Shown: piece by piece, positions 49,732 through 64,000 of the stretch
Layout: each line of letters begins with the position of its first letter
Numbering within the stretch: the first letter of the stretch is position 1
From: Octopus sinensis
Lineage: Eukaryota
DNA: 64,000 nt
Direction: 5' to 3'
Assembly (NCBI RefSeq): GCF_006345805.1
Contig: NC_043006.1
Coordinates: 744,001 to 808,000 of the forward strand
Made by a program: the position numbers and the translations under genes
The notes under the pieces: model-generated
Seen by the model: the letters and a program-made list of their open reading frames with translations, nothing else
What the model was told of the DNA's origin: nothing
Database searches by the model: none

Positions 49732-50889
49732 ATAAAGAAGGAAGAGAGAGGAAAGAAAGATCCCAGAGCGGGCAACGTATATATATATATATATACATAC
49801 ATATATATATACATATATATCTATATATATATTTACGCACACATACACATGCACACACGCACACGAAATATATATATATATAAATAATTATGTAACAAAA
49901 ATACTATTAAAATTTCATGTTAAACTTAACTTTCGTCTAAATTTTTCCTATTAACTGCTACGGACTCATCGCAAATGATAACCAAAATCCTACCAAATCA
50001 GGCGTCCTTACCAACACGAATAATCGCCAACTCAATAACTGTTTGTAACTGACGTGTTTACGAATGCACAGCTAACGGCTATAACTCCTCTACAGCCTAT
50101 CCTTATATGGCTTTCGTAGCCTTTAAACTCTATATACAGTTTGCACATTTATTCATTTAGACGCCTAAATATGTCGGGGTGATTCTCATCTGCTGGTCAC
50201 ATCCACAGTATATTGAATAAGACTACAATGTACAACCTAAACTAATAAATAATATCCATTCTATAATCTTACAGTAAAAACCACAATGTTTGTACTAAAG
50301 TAAGTTAAGAAATCTTATGTGTCAAGTATAACTTCCTTAGCAGAATCAGTGAAAGAACTGCTTCTCGTATTCACAAAGCTTATAAGTCTCTTAAAAGCTT
50401 CAAAATGTCTGGTGTTGCTGACTTGTATTTCTTCCTCCATCTAAATGCAACCCTTTTGATGATTTATTATTATTATTATTACTTTTTCATTTTCCGCATT
50501 TAATTATTTCATTATACCATCTGCTTTTTTTTGCTCGTTTATTCAGGTACATATTTTATATACTTATTTAACTATTTATTTGTCAGGTATCTATCCAAAT
50601 AATATGCATTTTGTCACATATTCTTACCGATTCCCACACACAATTGTGACACGCACACAAATTAAGAGTACAAATTTATCCACACGCATACACGTACGGA
50701 CAACACACACGCATCTATACATACATTAACCACTTCAGGTAACCCCAGAGCCCAAAAGCTGTCTTGACTTAAACGAAAGATCCTCGCCTCTTTGTTAGTT
50801 GCCGCCTTGTATTCTGCAAAGGAAAAATTACTTAAAAAAAAGGAACACACATACATTGGCAAGAAATCTTGAAATAAAACTGAACAATG

Positions 50890-51006
50890 ACATACATACA
50901 TACATACATACATACATACATACATACACACACATACATACACACATACATACGTACATACATACATACATATATACATACATACATACATACATACATA
51001 CATACA

Positions 51007-51040
<34 letters not shown>

Positions 51041-51305
51041 CATACATACATACAAAACATACATACATACATACATACACACATACATACATACATACAT
51101 ACGTACATACATACATATGATACATACATACATACATACATACATACGTACATACATACATACATACATACATACATACGTACATACATACATATGATAC
51201 ATACATACATACATACATACATACATACATACATACATACATACATACATACATACATACATACATACATACATACATACATACATACATACATACATAC
51301 ATACA

Positions 51306-51335
<30 letters not shown>
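50890..51335. repeat. Long (TACA)n microsatellite
   Basis: Direct reading. Confidence 0.97.
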
Positions 51336-51337
<2 letters not shown>

Positions 51338-51520
51338 CGTATTAGTAGAACATTGGTTCATTGTCTGCCAGCTTGGTAGCCACACTTTTTCTGTCGTACA
51401 ATCAAAGACAACATCTTCGGTTATTCAGTCTAGGACTTGCCCTGAATGCTGTACGTTTTGCTGTTGAGCTCCTTACAACTATAATAACAACAACGATTAA
51501 TGACAAGATAATAGAATCCT

Positions 51521-51751
51521 ATTTCTTTACTACCCACAAGGGGCTAAACACAGAGGGGACAAACAATGACAGACAAACGGATTAAGTCGATTACATCGAC
51601 CCCAGTGCGTAACTGGTACTTAATTTATCGATCCCGAAAGGATGAAAGGCAAAGTCGACCTCGGCGGAATTTGAACTCAGAACGTAACGCAGACGAAATA
51701 CCGCTAAGCATTTCGCCCGGCGTGCTAACATTTCTGCCAGCTCGCCGCCTT
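51521..51751 (-). mobile_element. Full-length SINE family A with a 16-bp TSD
   Basis: Flanked by aagataatagaatcct (51505-51520) and aaggtaatagaatcct (51752-51767). Confidence 0.92.
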
Positions 51752-52571
51752 AAGGTAATAGAATCCTGTTGTGTGGACGCCCCCGGACGACGAAGCAGGT
51801 GGCTAGCGCAATACGTAGATATAGAGGGAGAAGCCTAGACGTCGGTAGAACAGAGTAGACTAGAAGAGTAGAATAGGAGTCGAGTTGAGTAGAAGGCACC
51901 CGAACGTGCGACAGAACTGAGGCGACGAAAATTTCGTAGCTCACGCAGCAACTGTGTAGTATTGCGATGTAACAAAACCAAATAGATTTAAATTTATATC
52001 GGAAAATTCCATTTGTCATCAATTAACTAATCAACTCTTGAAAAATATAATCAAGATCACGTATCGTATCCATGACTCATTTCAAATTACTAATATAAAT
52101 TAATTGATTTTGCCTGACTAAGATATCTATAAAGTGTAAAATATCTAAAAACGTTGAATATTCTGCTCTGTGATGTTGTGTTGATGGGTTTCTCAAGAAA
52201 TCTTTTGAATATAAATAAAGAAATTAAAGTTATTTATCATGGATCAGAACCTTTCTTCCTTAATTTGTGGTCTTAATCAACAATGAGTAGGCTGAGATCT
52301 TAATAAATCTTTTCTAAATCTCACGCCAATCCGCAAACCAATTGCAACAATACACGTTGAAACATTAAGTCTTTATAGGTTCAGAGATTTAAACATTTCT
52401 AAGAGGTGCCTTAGAACCAAACCATTTACATTGGTGAGTGTAGCCTTTGGCTGTTACTGAGAAATTCCGGCAAGATAAGGCTTGGTGTAGATTTCTCTTT
52501 AACTAGCGACTGTTTAATGATTTACCAGTTATCTGTATACATGATCTTGTTAATGACATACCGAAAGGCTA

Positions 52572-52789
52572 ATTGCAGCGTGGAAGGTGTTTATAAGCCA
52601 TTTAAGAAACATACAAAACCGTTAGATTCACTTCAACATTCAAATTTAATTTGTCAAAGTGTTTTCGTCGCTTTGAGACCGCGACCTGTTCACTGACAAA
52701 ATTCCGTGCTGCAAATTTATATGTTGAAGTGAATCTAACGGTTTTTGTGTGTTTCTTAAATGACTTATAAACACCTTCCACGCTGCAAT
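52572..52789. repeat. ~75-bp near-perfect inverted repeat (fold-back/MITE-like)
   Basis: attgcagcgtggaaggtgtttataag...cttcaacattcaaattt (52572-52647) versus its reverse complement at 52713-52789, with about 5 differences. Confidence 0.92.
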
Positions 52790-53202
52790 CGTTTTCGTTC
52801 CAGCACATGATCTCAGATCAGGTCACTTGCTATGCAAGTACATCTCCGAAAGACTAATATTAAACCAAAATTGAGCTAAATTGCATTCATTACCAGTTTG
52901 GTATAATAGCTGTGGAAATATATAGTCCAAGCTCTTCAAGCATTTAGGAATCCGTATCAATTCACTAGAGACTCTTTAAGAGTTACAAAAGAATGGTCTG
53001 TCAGTGTTTCAGTGTGTCAATCAGTTTATCAACGAAGTTAATCTTAATGTTACTTCCTTCTATCTGGACAATTTTGTTTTTAGTTTGTAGTGAGACAAAA
53101 TCAGAGCATGATAAAAACCATAAAGATTTCATTAAAACTTTCAAACGTAATAATCTGACCTTAGAACAAACATAAGTATTAGAATTACGTTCTAATCCTG
53201 AA

Positions 53203-53430
53203 GCGGCGAATTGGCAGAAACGTTAGCACATCGGGCAAAATGCTCAACAACATTTCGTCCGTCTTTGCGTTCTGAATTCATATTCCACCGAGGCTGTCTT
53301 TACCTTTCATCATTTCATGAGGGTGGGGTGGGGTCGATAAAAAAAAGTAGCAGTTAAGCACTGGGACGGATGGAATCGACTTACCCACTCCCTCGAAATT
53401 GCTGACCTTGTGTTAAAATTCGATATCAAT
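53203..53430 (+). mobile_element. SINE family A with the alternative (non-Tx1) tail
   Basis: gcggcgaattggcagaaacgttagcac...gacttacccactccctcgaaattgctgaccttgtg. Confidence 0.8.
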
Positions 53431-54032
53431 ATTATGTCCTAATCCAGTTAATCCAGAATGTCTTTGAGCTGTTGAAGAGCTTTAAATTTCTCAAAATAGA
53501 ATTGCGACTGATAATTCGGCTCTTCATGATCTACTTAAATCATTCTTGGGCAAACTGTGGCCAGTAGGACTTCCTGAATGGTATGCCCAACGAAAAATTA
53601 CCACGAACACTTTTAATAGTCAGACACGCCCGATAATGAGTCATGTCTTATGCGGCCTGCTTCTCGAAAAAGGTTGCCTGCTCTCGCCATAACCAAATTC
53701 CTTCCTATTTTTCGAAGAGAAAATTTCCCTCTGAGGACAATATAAATTATGCAATTACAAAAACTGTGAGGAAATAGAAAAATTTCATCCCAAAACGTTT
53801 CGTGACAGATCAAAGGTTACTTTCATTCATTTATGGCAACAAAAAATTAATAAATATAGCAATAAAAAATTTGAGTAATATTGAAAAACACAAACACATT
53901 TTCCCTGGAGAATCGAACTTTTGCCTCTCTCATACATTTTATATTGAAGAGCTTAGCTAACCAATGAGAACTTAAAAACGAAAAATATAATATTGTAATC
54001 ATTTGGAGTATAAAACAAACATGTATGTAAAC

Positions 54033-54068
<36 letters not shown>

Positions 54069-54185
54069 GAACAGAGAGAGAGAGAGAGAGAGAGAGTTCA
54101 ATGAAATTGCTGTGCTGAGTGGAATATCCTGTTTCGGATAATATAAGACTTACCGGCACAAACCCCTACGACTTTCCTTGATTTT

Positions 54186-54226
<41 letters not shown>

Positions 54227-54589
54227 GCGCGCACACGCGCGCACACACACACACACGCCATACATACACATATTATATGTAAGGATACGCGTCACTTCGT
54301 AGCTTGATAGTTAAACAGACTGATAGATAGATACGTAAATAGAAGGATACCAAGAAGGAGTGAGGAAATGAGAGGGAGAAAGAGAAGAGAGTATGCGATA
54401 TCCCATGGTATCTCATTTTTAATCAAGCTGATAACATTGTAGTGATATCATGCAGAATCGGATATGAGATCGTCGAAGAAGATGCAGTCAAAAGAAGGAA
54501 ATGGTATGTGTAAAGTGTATACATACACACATACATACATACATACATACATACACGCACACATATATACATAACTAATCCGTTAGAAA

Positions 54590-54905
<316 letters not shown>

Positions 54906-55178
54906 ATATAGATATATGAATGGCATCAAATTATTGAATATGGGCATTGTAGAATGGACTGAATATGGAATCTAAGCCGGATTATTGCCATAACTTGCTG
55001 AAGGGAGAGAAAAAGGCGAGTGAAGTTTACTTTATGAATGCAGAGTACGAAGATGCGTACTTTTATATTTCAGGAAACACATTCGCGTGCACACATGCAC
55101 AAATATAAACAGACATGCACATACACAAATGTATGTAAGTGCTCACATATACATAAGCAGATACAAATGCAGACATGA

Positions 55179-55213
<35 letters not shown>

Positions 55214-55292
55214 CACACACAAATGTGTATATACACACTTTAGAAAGAGAATGATTGAAAAGCAGACGACCAAATAGAACATTAGTAAGAGA

Positions 55293-55326
<34 letters not shown>

Positions 55327-55812
55327 TGGGGGACAAAGATAGAAAGACAAGAGAAAGAGAGAAAGGAGAGAGGGGTACATAGAAAGGAAGATAGAGAGAG
55401 ACAGTTATGGAGAGAGAAAGACAGAGAGCGACAACGAGGGAGAGAGAGAGAGAGAAAAATAAAGAGACATAGAGGGAGTAAGAGGGGGAGAGAGGGAGAA
55501 AGATAAAGAGAGAGTGTGACTGGGTGCTTTCGTGTCTGAATGCGTGAGGTGTAAGTGTGTGTGTGTGTTTGTGCGTGCGTATGTGTGTGAGTGTGTGTGT
55601 ACGTGTGTGTGTTAGAGATAGAGTGAGGGTGAGTATGTCGGAGTCCTTGTATTCTGTGTGTATTCATAAATGCATACATCCATGCATGTTAGAGTGCATA
55701 TGTGTGCATGTAAGTATATTCTCCAAGAAGGAGAATGTTTTTGCTTACATATTTACATGCATACACACTTGCATTCATACATACACACATACACACGCAC
55801 ATATGTATGTAT

Positions 55813-55897
<85 letters not shown>

Positions 55898-57141
55898 TAT
55901 ACGTATGGGGAGATAGAGAAAGGGAAGTGGATGAGTGAAGGAGAGAGAGTGACCAAAAGAAAGAAAAAGCAGAGGGGAGAGAGAGAGAGACAGAGGGAGA
56001 GAGAGGTGGTCGGGTGGGTATACTTATAAAGTCAGGTACAAAAACTATGATCCAATATGCAGTAAGAATATATTTCCATATATTTTTTTTAATCAGTGTT
56101 AACGAAACCTGGTTCTTCTAGCATGGTTTCCGTCAATGCTTTTTAACTGTCTGTGATAGCAGAAGGCCGTCGATAAGGCCAACGCAGCACACACAAGTTT
56201 CTCTCTCGTACAGCAATATGACGGACAATTCAACAGTTAATTAGTTACATACATGCAGCACCATGAAATAATTTCTCTTAGATTATTAAATTTATTTAAA
56301 TATAGCTATTTATTAAATTACACTTTTTTTAACGACAGTACAGATGACGTAATCCGTTATGCGTATAGAAATATTTAGCTAACTGTGAACATTTTTAATG
56401 AGATCACGTGACGGGGACGCAGACGATAACTTCAAGCGTTCTTAGATTCTAATACTAATCGGATATCGTATACATAATTGAACCTATCTCAATTAGAGAC
56501 AAATTAAGACATGTCACTGAAAAAAGTGATAATTACTGAAGAAATTGCATATTTATTTATCCAACGTTCTTCTGGGTGAGTAGCAATTTGGTTTAAACCT
56601 TCTTTCTGATCACAACTATGGAATAGCAGATGACCAGGTCTATTGAAAAGTTTCCCATAAAATATGGGTACCTGTCCCATACGACTTGGTGGACAGAGGC
56701 AAATTACAATGAAATATTCTGCTCAGAAACCCTGCGAAATATCAATAGTGAATTTGAACTTATAATCTGAGGGCAAATTTAAAATTTAATCAGAGAGTAA
56801 GGGTGGGTCAAGACGATCACCTTTGAAGTTTGATAACTGTAGTAAAACGAAGACTGGGGGAGAGGAGAGAGGTGAGAGGAGAGAGTTCCATCCCGTTTTG
56901 TTTTCAGGTACCTTCTATCGAAGACAACATTATTCACGTTACAAGTGAAATACATTCGTGGAATGAAATTTACCCCTATACATATTAGATAAGAAAAGTC
57001 ATAGATAGAAAGAGAAAAATAAGAAAGACGACAGCTGTATGAGTTTCCAAGGAAGAGATAGTATAATTAAGAATAATATAATGGTTTCACATTTCGGTAC
57101 AAGACCAGCAATTTCGGGAGAGGGGCTAAGTAGATTACATC

Positions 57142-58176
57142 CACCCCTGCGCAGGCATGCGCTGAGGTTGAGGCATTTCTGGCATTAACTGGATGGTGAG
57201 CGGGTATGGTCTCCGTTCGTTGACGAGATATTTACCAGGTTCATCACTTTTGGTGAACTGGAATGCTGGATCAGGCGTAGACCAAGGCTGGGAGCTTGGC
57301 AAGCAGAGTGTCGACAAGCACTCGTGCTTCTCTCCCGAGCAATGCGGGCGGAGGGGATACCAACTCCGCGTACTATAGAGAGTAGAGAGCAAGTGTGATG
57401 ACGGCCTGGGTTTCTATGACAGTCACCTTGTCAACGCTTGTCAACCTGTATCGAAGGACTTTCGGCCTGGGACCTATGGACAACTTCCAGAGGTCCCTGG
57501 CGTGGTTGTGCTTCCGAAGAGCCTTACCAGTTCGGGATAAACACGCGAGACACGGCGTCATGGTTTCGCCTACATGCTCACGTTGAGGGCAGAGCAACGA
57601 AACTGTCCTGCATGCAATCGTACAGCGTCCGAGTCTCTCGGACCTGTGGGTTTCTACTGAACGGATACTGTCACAACTGGGGAGGGTAACAGCTGTCAGT
57701 CGAATCGATTATTAAGATCATTCCGCCGTCTCCTCTAAAAGGAGATGAGAAATTCTGCTTTCTAGCCGTAATAGCTATAGCGAAAGAGGTGATATGATAG
57801 ACGCGTGGAAGAGGTATCGCACCAGGAATCTTCGTCTCCGGGCGTGCTTTGGTTAACCTCTTTTTATATCACCCAAGAAAGAAAGCATGTCTGGAGAAGA
57901 AATGCCTGACGTCAAAGAAGTACGAAAAAGGATGGAAGAAAGTAGCCCGAATATTGGCTAAGTACCTAATTAAGCAGAGTAAAAGCAAAAAAGGGCGAAG
58001 TAAACGGTTCAACACAGAATGTGGTTGGTGGGGTCAAACCCATTCCGCGTCCATTCATTTTCTTTTCATTTTCATCCGAAATTATAATGTATTTATTCAT
58101 ATATGTAATATCATTCGATAAGTCCCCGACCCCATTTGTCCCGTGTATTGTCCCCTCTTTGTTTAATCCTTTTGGC
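57142..58176 (+). mobile_element. 3' fragment of an L1/Tx1-clade LINE (ORF2 C-terminal CCHC region plus 3' UTR), decayed
   Basis: SLAWLCFRRALPVRDK...PTCSR*GQSNETVLHAIVQ(R) is a degenerate C-x2-C...E(T/S)-x-x-H...C knuckle typical of L1/Tx1 ORF2. Stops and frameshifts present; 5' end abuts a SINE fragment. Confidence 0.75.
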
Positions 58177-58651
58177 TTTAATATAATCATCGTGCTTGTT
58201 CCGCAGTTCGTGTGTTGATAGTTCAACGTTGGAGTTCAAAGTTCACAGTTTGAGCTTGCCTGTTGGATTGTTTGGTTTGAAATGATTGATGTTACGTTAT
58301 GTGTGGTTACTGCCGTTTGTTTCGATTATATTGTTATTACACCGTTGCAGTGTTTTCGTTTATCCATAAGGATATGACAGTTTTGAAAAGAACAATGCGC
58401 ATTTTTCGGATAAATATATTTATTGTTTTTCTGCAGAGTTTAACTTGCTTGCTAATTTCTTGATAAATATTTGCGCACAGAAGTTAGAAATTTAGACAAA
58501 CTTTTAACAGACGTATTATTTTACCCAAACTCAAGGTCTATTGTTCGTGCTCTTTTAATGATCTAATGCAACGGAGTCTGTTGAGGACTACACAAAGCAG
58601 TTTAGCAAAAACAGTTTACAAATGTTTGAATACTATCACCGATTTCTTTTA

Positions 58652-59360
58652 TAGGGTTAACCAGAAAGTCCGTTGTTTTTTCTATTTTTTAAGTGAAAAT
58701 AAGACATAAATTTTAAACATAAAGCGAATTATCCAATAATTATCGTTCCATTCCAGTATCTTCTGCCATCTTATGGGTAGATCCATTATTTCCTGCTCAA
58801 AAAATATCCTGTCTTTACTAGCGTAAAACTCTTTCAGGTGAATTTTTATGTCTTCTTCAGAGTTGAAGGTCTGTTCATTCAATGAATTTTGAAGAGACGG
58901 AAACAGGTGAAAATCTAAAGGCGCAAATTGAACTGAATATGGTGGGTGAGGAAAAAGCTTCTCGATCAAGACTCAATAACTTCTGCCGCACCTGCAAAGA
59001 AGTGTGAGGCCTAGCATTGTCGTGATAAAAGACAATGCCCTTATGATTACCAAGTATTGGATGCTTCTGGTGGATGCTTCTGCATTTAATTTGTTCATCT
59101 GGTCACAGTACACATCAGAATTGATGGTCCTGTCTTTAGAAAGACTTTCGTAAAAGACTGTTCCCTTCAAATCTCACCAAGTTGATAGCATAGCCTTCTT
59201 TAGGAGAAGTCTTTCTCTGGAGGTTTTTGAGGTGGTTCACTGTGCGTCTGCGCTTCATACTGTCATAGACGACCCACTTTGTCTCCTAGCACCGTTCTTT
59301 TTTTAAAAAAGGATCGTTCTTTTCACGTTTCTGTAAGTAATCGAAGACGGAAATCTTCAA
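58652..59360 (-). mobile_element. mariner (DD34D) transposase 3' half with its terminal inverted repeat, decayed
   Basis: KGTVFYESLSKDRTINSDVYCDQ, PHPPYSVQFAPLDFHLFPSLQNSL, LPIRWQK; terminus TA|tagggttaaccagaaagtcc. Confidence 0.9.
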
Positions 59361-59361
59361 A

Positions 59362-59829
59362 ATGAGGCTAGCCAACTTGCTGAGGCAGTTACGAAAGACT
59401 ATCAACGCCAAACGTCAAGGAAAACTGACGAAAGGGGGGCGGTCTTGTTTCATCAGCACAAGGCACCAGCACACAAGTTCTTGGTTTCAATGGCTGCTGG
59501 GCATGACTGGCTTTGAACTGGTTGATCACCGTCCCTACTCACCTGATTTGGTCCCATCATGAAAAAAAAACAAAACAAAACAAATGAATAACATGAAAAA
59601 AACATGAAAAAAAGCTTGACCGGGAATCAGTATCGAAGTGATGGTGACGTCACATGTTCTGCTGATGACGTTTTTTGACCAACAAGATGAAAGTTCCTTC
59701 ACCAATGGATCTAATAACTGATATACCAATGGAAGGAGTGCGTGAGCCGCTTGGAGGAGTATATTGAAAAATATATCCCATTTGGTCACATTCCATGAGA
59801 ATATCTTGGAAATTTTCAGCCGACCCTCG
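59362..59829 (+). mobile_element. Second mariner 3' half (irritans-like terminus), decayed
   Basis: ANLLRQLRKTINAKRQGKLTKG, GFELVDHRPYSPDLVPS, GNQYRSDGDV; ends ttcagccgaccctcg|TA. Confidence 0.88.
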
Positions 59830-60370
59830 TAGGACAGCAGTCATCAATCTCCAAACTTGCAAACTGATCAAAAGTTCAACGATTGCACGCTTATGCTGCT
59901 CCTTTTGCATATATAGTTGGGCTCAGATTCAAACGTGTGATATCCATTGACAACTGAGTCGACCCGGCTGTTTTAACAGTTAGTATCTTGGGCAAACACA
60001 AAATACATCGTCAGCAACATAATACACACCAACGAATTCTTAAATGATTGTGGTTTATTCTGTAGTTCGTGACGTTTAAAATGTAAAAAAACAGAAAGAC
60101 TTGAAATAGACAAGCTATGGGGGAATGTAAGCAGATAACAGGAGGTGTAGGAAACCAGCAATAAATAGCGACACTGAAGTTAAGTGCTGTCGAGAAATAT
60201 ACAGACATAGACATATATATATATAGGGATAGATGCACCTATCTATCTATCTATTCTATATCTATCTATCTATTCTATATCTATCTATCTATCTATCTAA
60301 TCTATCTATCTATCATCTATCTATCTATCTATCTAGCTATCTATCTATCTATCTACTATCTATCTATCTA

Positions 60371-60475
<105 letters not shown>

Positions 60476-61431
60476 ACTGTATGAAATGAGGTTTAGAGAG
60501 GTTGGCACACAGACAGACAGATAGGCAGATAATAAGATAGTGAGATAGAAAGACACAGCAAGAGAATATACGTAAACTAGGTCGCATTAAGATGTCTATA
60601 AAGATATTAAGCATGCTATCGAAAAGTAATTTATAGGGTTAACCTCCTTAGAACAAAATGTCAAAATAATTTTCCGAATATTTCCTATCAATACAAGCAA
60701 GCAACCAATTGACACCAAACCCCTTTTACTGGGCTTTTAATGTAATTTCTGAACCACGCTCTTCCCCTCTCAGCATGCAATTTAGCGATTTTAATTTCTT
60801 TACCTGAATCTTATTTATCTTCCCTTTTAATGGTAGCTAGGCAAGAAGCATGTTTACAGGGATTATAGAAAGCCTTGAATATATCTATTTTATTTTATCA
60901 ACGATGTGTTGCACCATTTGTTAAAGCGTTTGAAGACCTTTTCATTGATAACACATGACCTCAATCCTGACATCCAATCAGAATTAAATGTTTGCTTGAC
61001 TGCAGTACAGAATCACATTAGCAGTAACATGACAGCACGAAATTAGCGAATTATCAAATCTTTCTTCTATGATCAGCTTATTTAATTAGAACTTATAAAC
61101 AAGGCGTCGCTAAGTAAAAACATAATTAAAGAAATATTTAAATAAAAATGTGATTTTCAATTAGACACAATGAAATTTCAGTTCATGCTTTAATATTAAA
61201 AAAAAACAAACAAACTAGAAACAAATTACTGATAACAACCTGTGTTCTATTGAAGTTTTGTGTACTGGAATGTGTATTATATACATACATGCATAGATAC
61301 ACATAAACTGAAATTGGATCTCGAAGCGCATAATGCTGATTTATAGCATTTATGTGCATCGAGATCCAGATCTCAAAAAGAATTATTTCACGTTCTCTCT
61401 CGAGTTTATAAATCCTTATGACATCAGCCGT

Positions 61432-61478
<47 letters not shown>

Positions 61479-62140
61479 CAGACACACACACTGCTCAACA
61501 TACGAGTGTTACACGCCCTATGACTGGTATCTTTCGAAGCATTCTTTTGCTACCATCGAGAATGTCAAGAAATATGGTATACAGCCAATAATTACGACCT
61601 AACTTGGTCCTTATACAAAATATCTAAAGGAATACTAATTTTCAAAATGAAAACATTTATTATCTTAAAATTAAATTAAATAGAAGAAATTTCTTAGTGC
61701 ATAAGTACTCTGCCATTTACTACCTCTCCTCCTCTATCTCTTTGTCGTCCTCCTCGTCATCCACCGATATCTAGCCTTAGCATTTTTTTATTAGGCCTTT
61801 TATTCCCTCAATACATACCCCCCCCATTCTCCATAATGATAGCAAATTTTTCTTTTTTTCCTTTCCTTCTCTTCCTATTTTTCGACTCTTAGTCTATTCA
61901 TTATTTCGGTTGTTTAAACTAAATTCCTTTTTTTTTTTATTTGATATTGACTTTTATATTCAGTTTGAATTCCTTACAGCAATGTCAACTTCACTGAGGT
62001 AATTTCAGCCTGATCACTAGCAATGCTAAGGAGAGCTCGTTACATAATATTGTATAATAAGCTTCTGCTAGTTAAGAAACATATGTAGGTTAAATTTTAC
62101 TTGTTCCTTTTCTGAAAATTTTGGCTTATATATATATATA

Positions 62141-62362
62141 TATTTCTTTACTACCCACAAGGGGCTAAACACAGAGGGAACAAACAAAGAGATTAAGTCG
62201 ATTATATCGACCCCAGTGTGTAACTGGTCCTTATTTATCGACCCGCAAAGGATGAAAGGCAAAGTCGACCTCGGCGGAATTTGAACTCAGAACGTAACGA
62301 CAGACGAAATACGGCTACGCATTTCGCCCGGCGTGCTAACGTTTCTGCCAGCTCGCTGCCTG
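62141..62362 (-). mobile_element. Full-length SINE family A with a ~20-bp TSD
   Basis: ttggcttatatatatatata at both 62121-62140 and 62363-62382. Confidence 0.9.
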
Positions 62363-62383
62363 TTGGCTTATATATATATATAT

Positions 62384-62415
<32 letters not shown>

Positions 62416-62434
62416 GAGAGAGAGAGTGAGTGTG

Positions 62435-62488
<54 letters not shown>

Positions 62489-63044
62489 CATATACATGTA
62501 CGTATGTATGTATGTATGTGTGAATGTGAGTATGTTCCGGAAGAGTGTATTTTAAGTAGAAGTTTTCTTCAATGAGATGCTATTTACCTTAAAATAATAC
62601 CTTAATAAGCTGATAAGAACTTGTCGCTAAATATCAGAAAGGCGTTTGGAGAACACTTGCCATAATTTATTGGTTTTCTATTGATGCTAACACTATTTGA
62701 CTTCTGTGATATCTTCTATTTCATTAAGCGAAAGCTACATCAGCGACTTCCAACCGTTTCTCTACTAAGGATCAATTTCATGCATCCACACACTGGATGC
62801 GTAAAACACAATAAATTGTGTAATAAATTAATTAGTACACATATAATACCCACACATATTACATATATTGTACATATACAAAATGCAAAAACACTCGGCA
62901 TACTGCGATATCCTTTATCTTTTATTTTATCTGTTTCAGTCATTAGACGATGGCCATGCTGGAGCATTGCCTAGTCGAACAAAACACAAAGACACTCACA
63001 CACGCAAACACACACTCGCACACACAATACACATACAAGCACGA

Positions 63045-63102
<58 letters not shown>

Positions 63103-63103
63103 T

Positions 63104-63134
<31 letters not shown>

Positions 63135-63137
<3 letters not shown>

Positions 63138-63236
63138 GTTAATCCAAACAAGAAAACACAAAAAAAACACAGCAACGCGAGGACGTGGAACAAATAAAGT
63201 ATTATTGGACGCTCAGGAAAGAAGGGAAGAAGGAGG

Positions 63237-63242
<6 letters not shown>
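63135..63242 (-). mobile_element. 3' remnant of the hammerhead-bearing element family (10070/49697), truncated just before the ribozyme
   Basis: gttaatccaaaca...caacgcgaggacgtggaa...tattattggacgctcagga matches 9970-10050, with (TA)n on both sides. Confidence 0.8.
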
Positions 63243-63299
<57 letters not shown>

Positions 63300-63300
63300 A

Positions 63301-63898
<598 letters not shown>

Positions 63899-63931
63899 GA
63901 TATATATATATATATTCCACATATTTTCGAC

Positions 63932-63965
<34 letters not shown>

Positions 63966-64000
63966 GGTATACGATAGGCTTCTTTCAGTTTCCGTCTACC

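Noticed and set aside
51767-51974. Possible solo LTR (TGTT...AACA, flanks aatcc/aaacc)
   Set aside because: TSD imperfect and overlapping the neighbouring SINE TSD, no clear poly(A) signal and no second copy; cannot be supported without a search.
52378-52432. Plus-strand 55-nt exon candidate (FRDLNISKRCLRTKPFTL) with a gtgagt donor
   Set aside because: No partner exons and no recognisable motif.

Overview
Eukaryotic, AT-rich, extremely microsatellite- and SINE-dense scaffold DNA with one 100-N gap at 22745-22844. The repeat families and composition look like an octopus or other coleoid cephalopod; this is inferred from memory of the repeats, not from a search. Nearly all supplied ORFs are microsatellite artefacts. 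I can support one host gene on the minus strand, a PMP-22/claudin-superfamily (TMEM47/PERP-like) membrane protein. Its first coding exon is 31086-30900 and its second is 4606-4499. They join in phase across a ~26 kb intron to rebuild the W-x8-GIW-x2-C...C loop; the remaining exons were not found and probably lie left of the window. The rest is mobile DNA: several tRNA-derived SINE families, CR1, L1/Tx1 and RTE LINE fragments, Penelope-like (GIY-YIG) fragments, a decayed DD37D maT transposon, two mariner halves and two non-autonomous Helitrons. The most striking unannotated signal is about a dozen type I hammerhead-ribozyme motifs from several small non-coding element families. One looks fully intact (36703-36787). 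They have palindromic stem III, sit mostly beside simple repeats, and recur as head-to-head or tail-to-tail inverted pairs. Hammerheads in Penelope-like elements and retrozymes are known in general; these families, core variants and pair architecture may not be described. All structures were read by eye; nothing was computed or searched.
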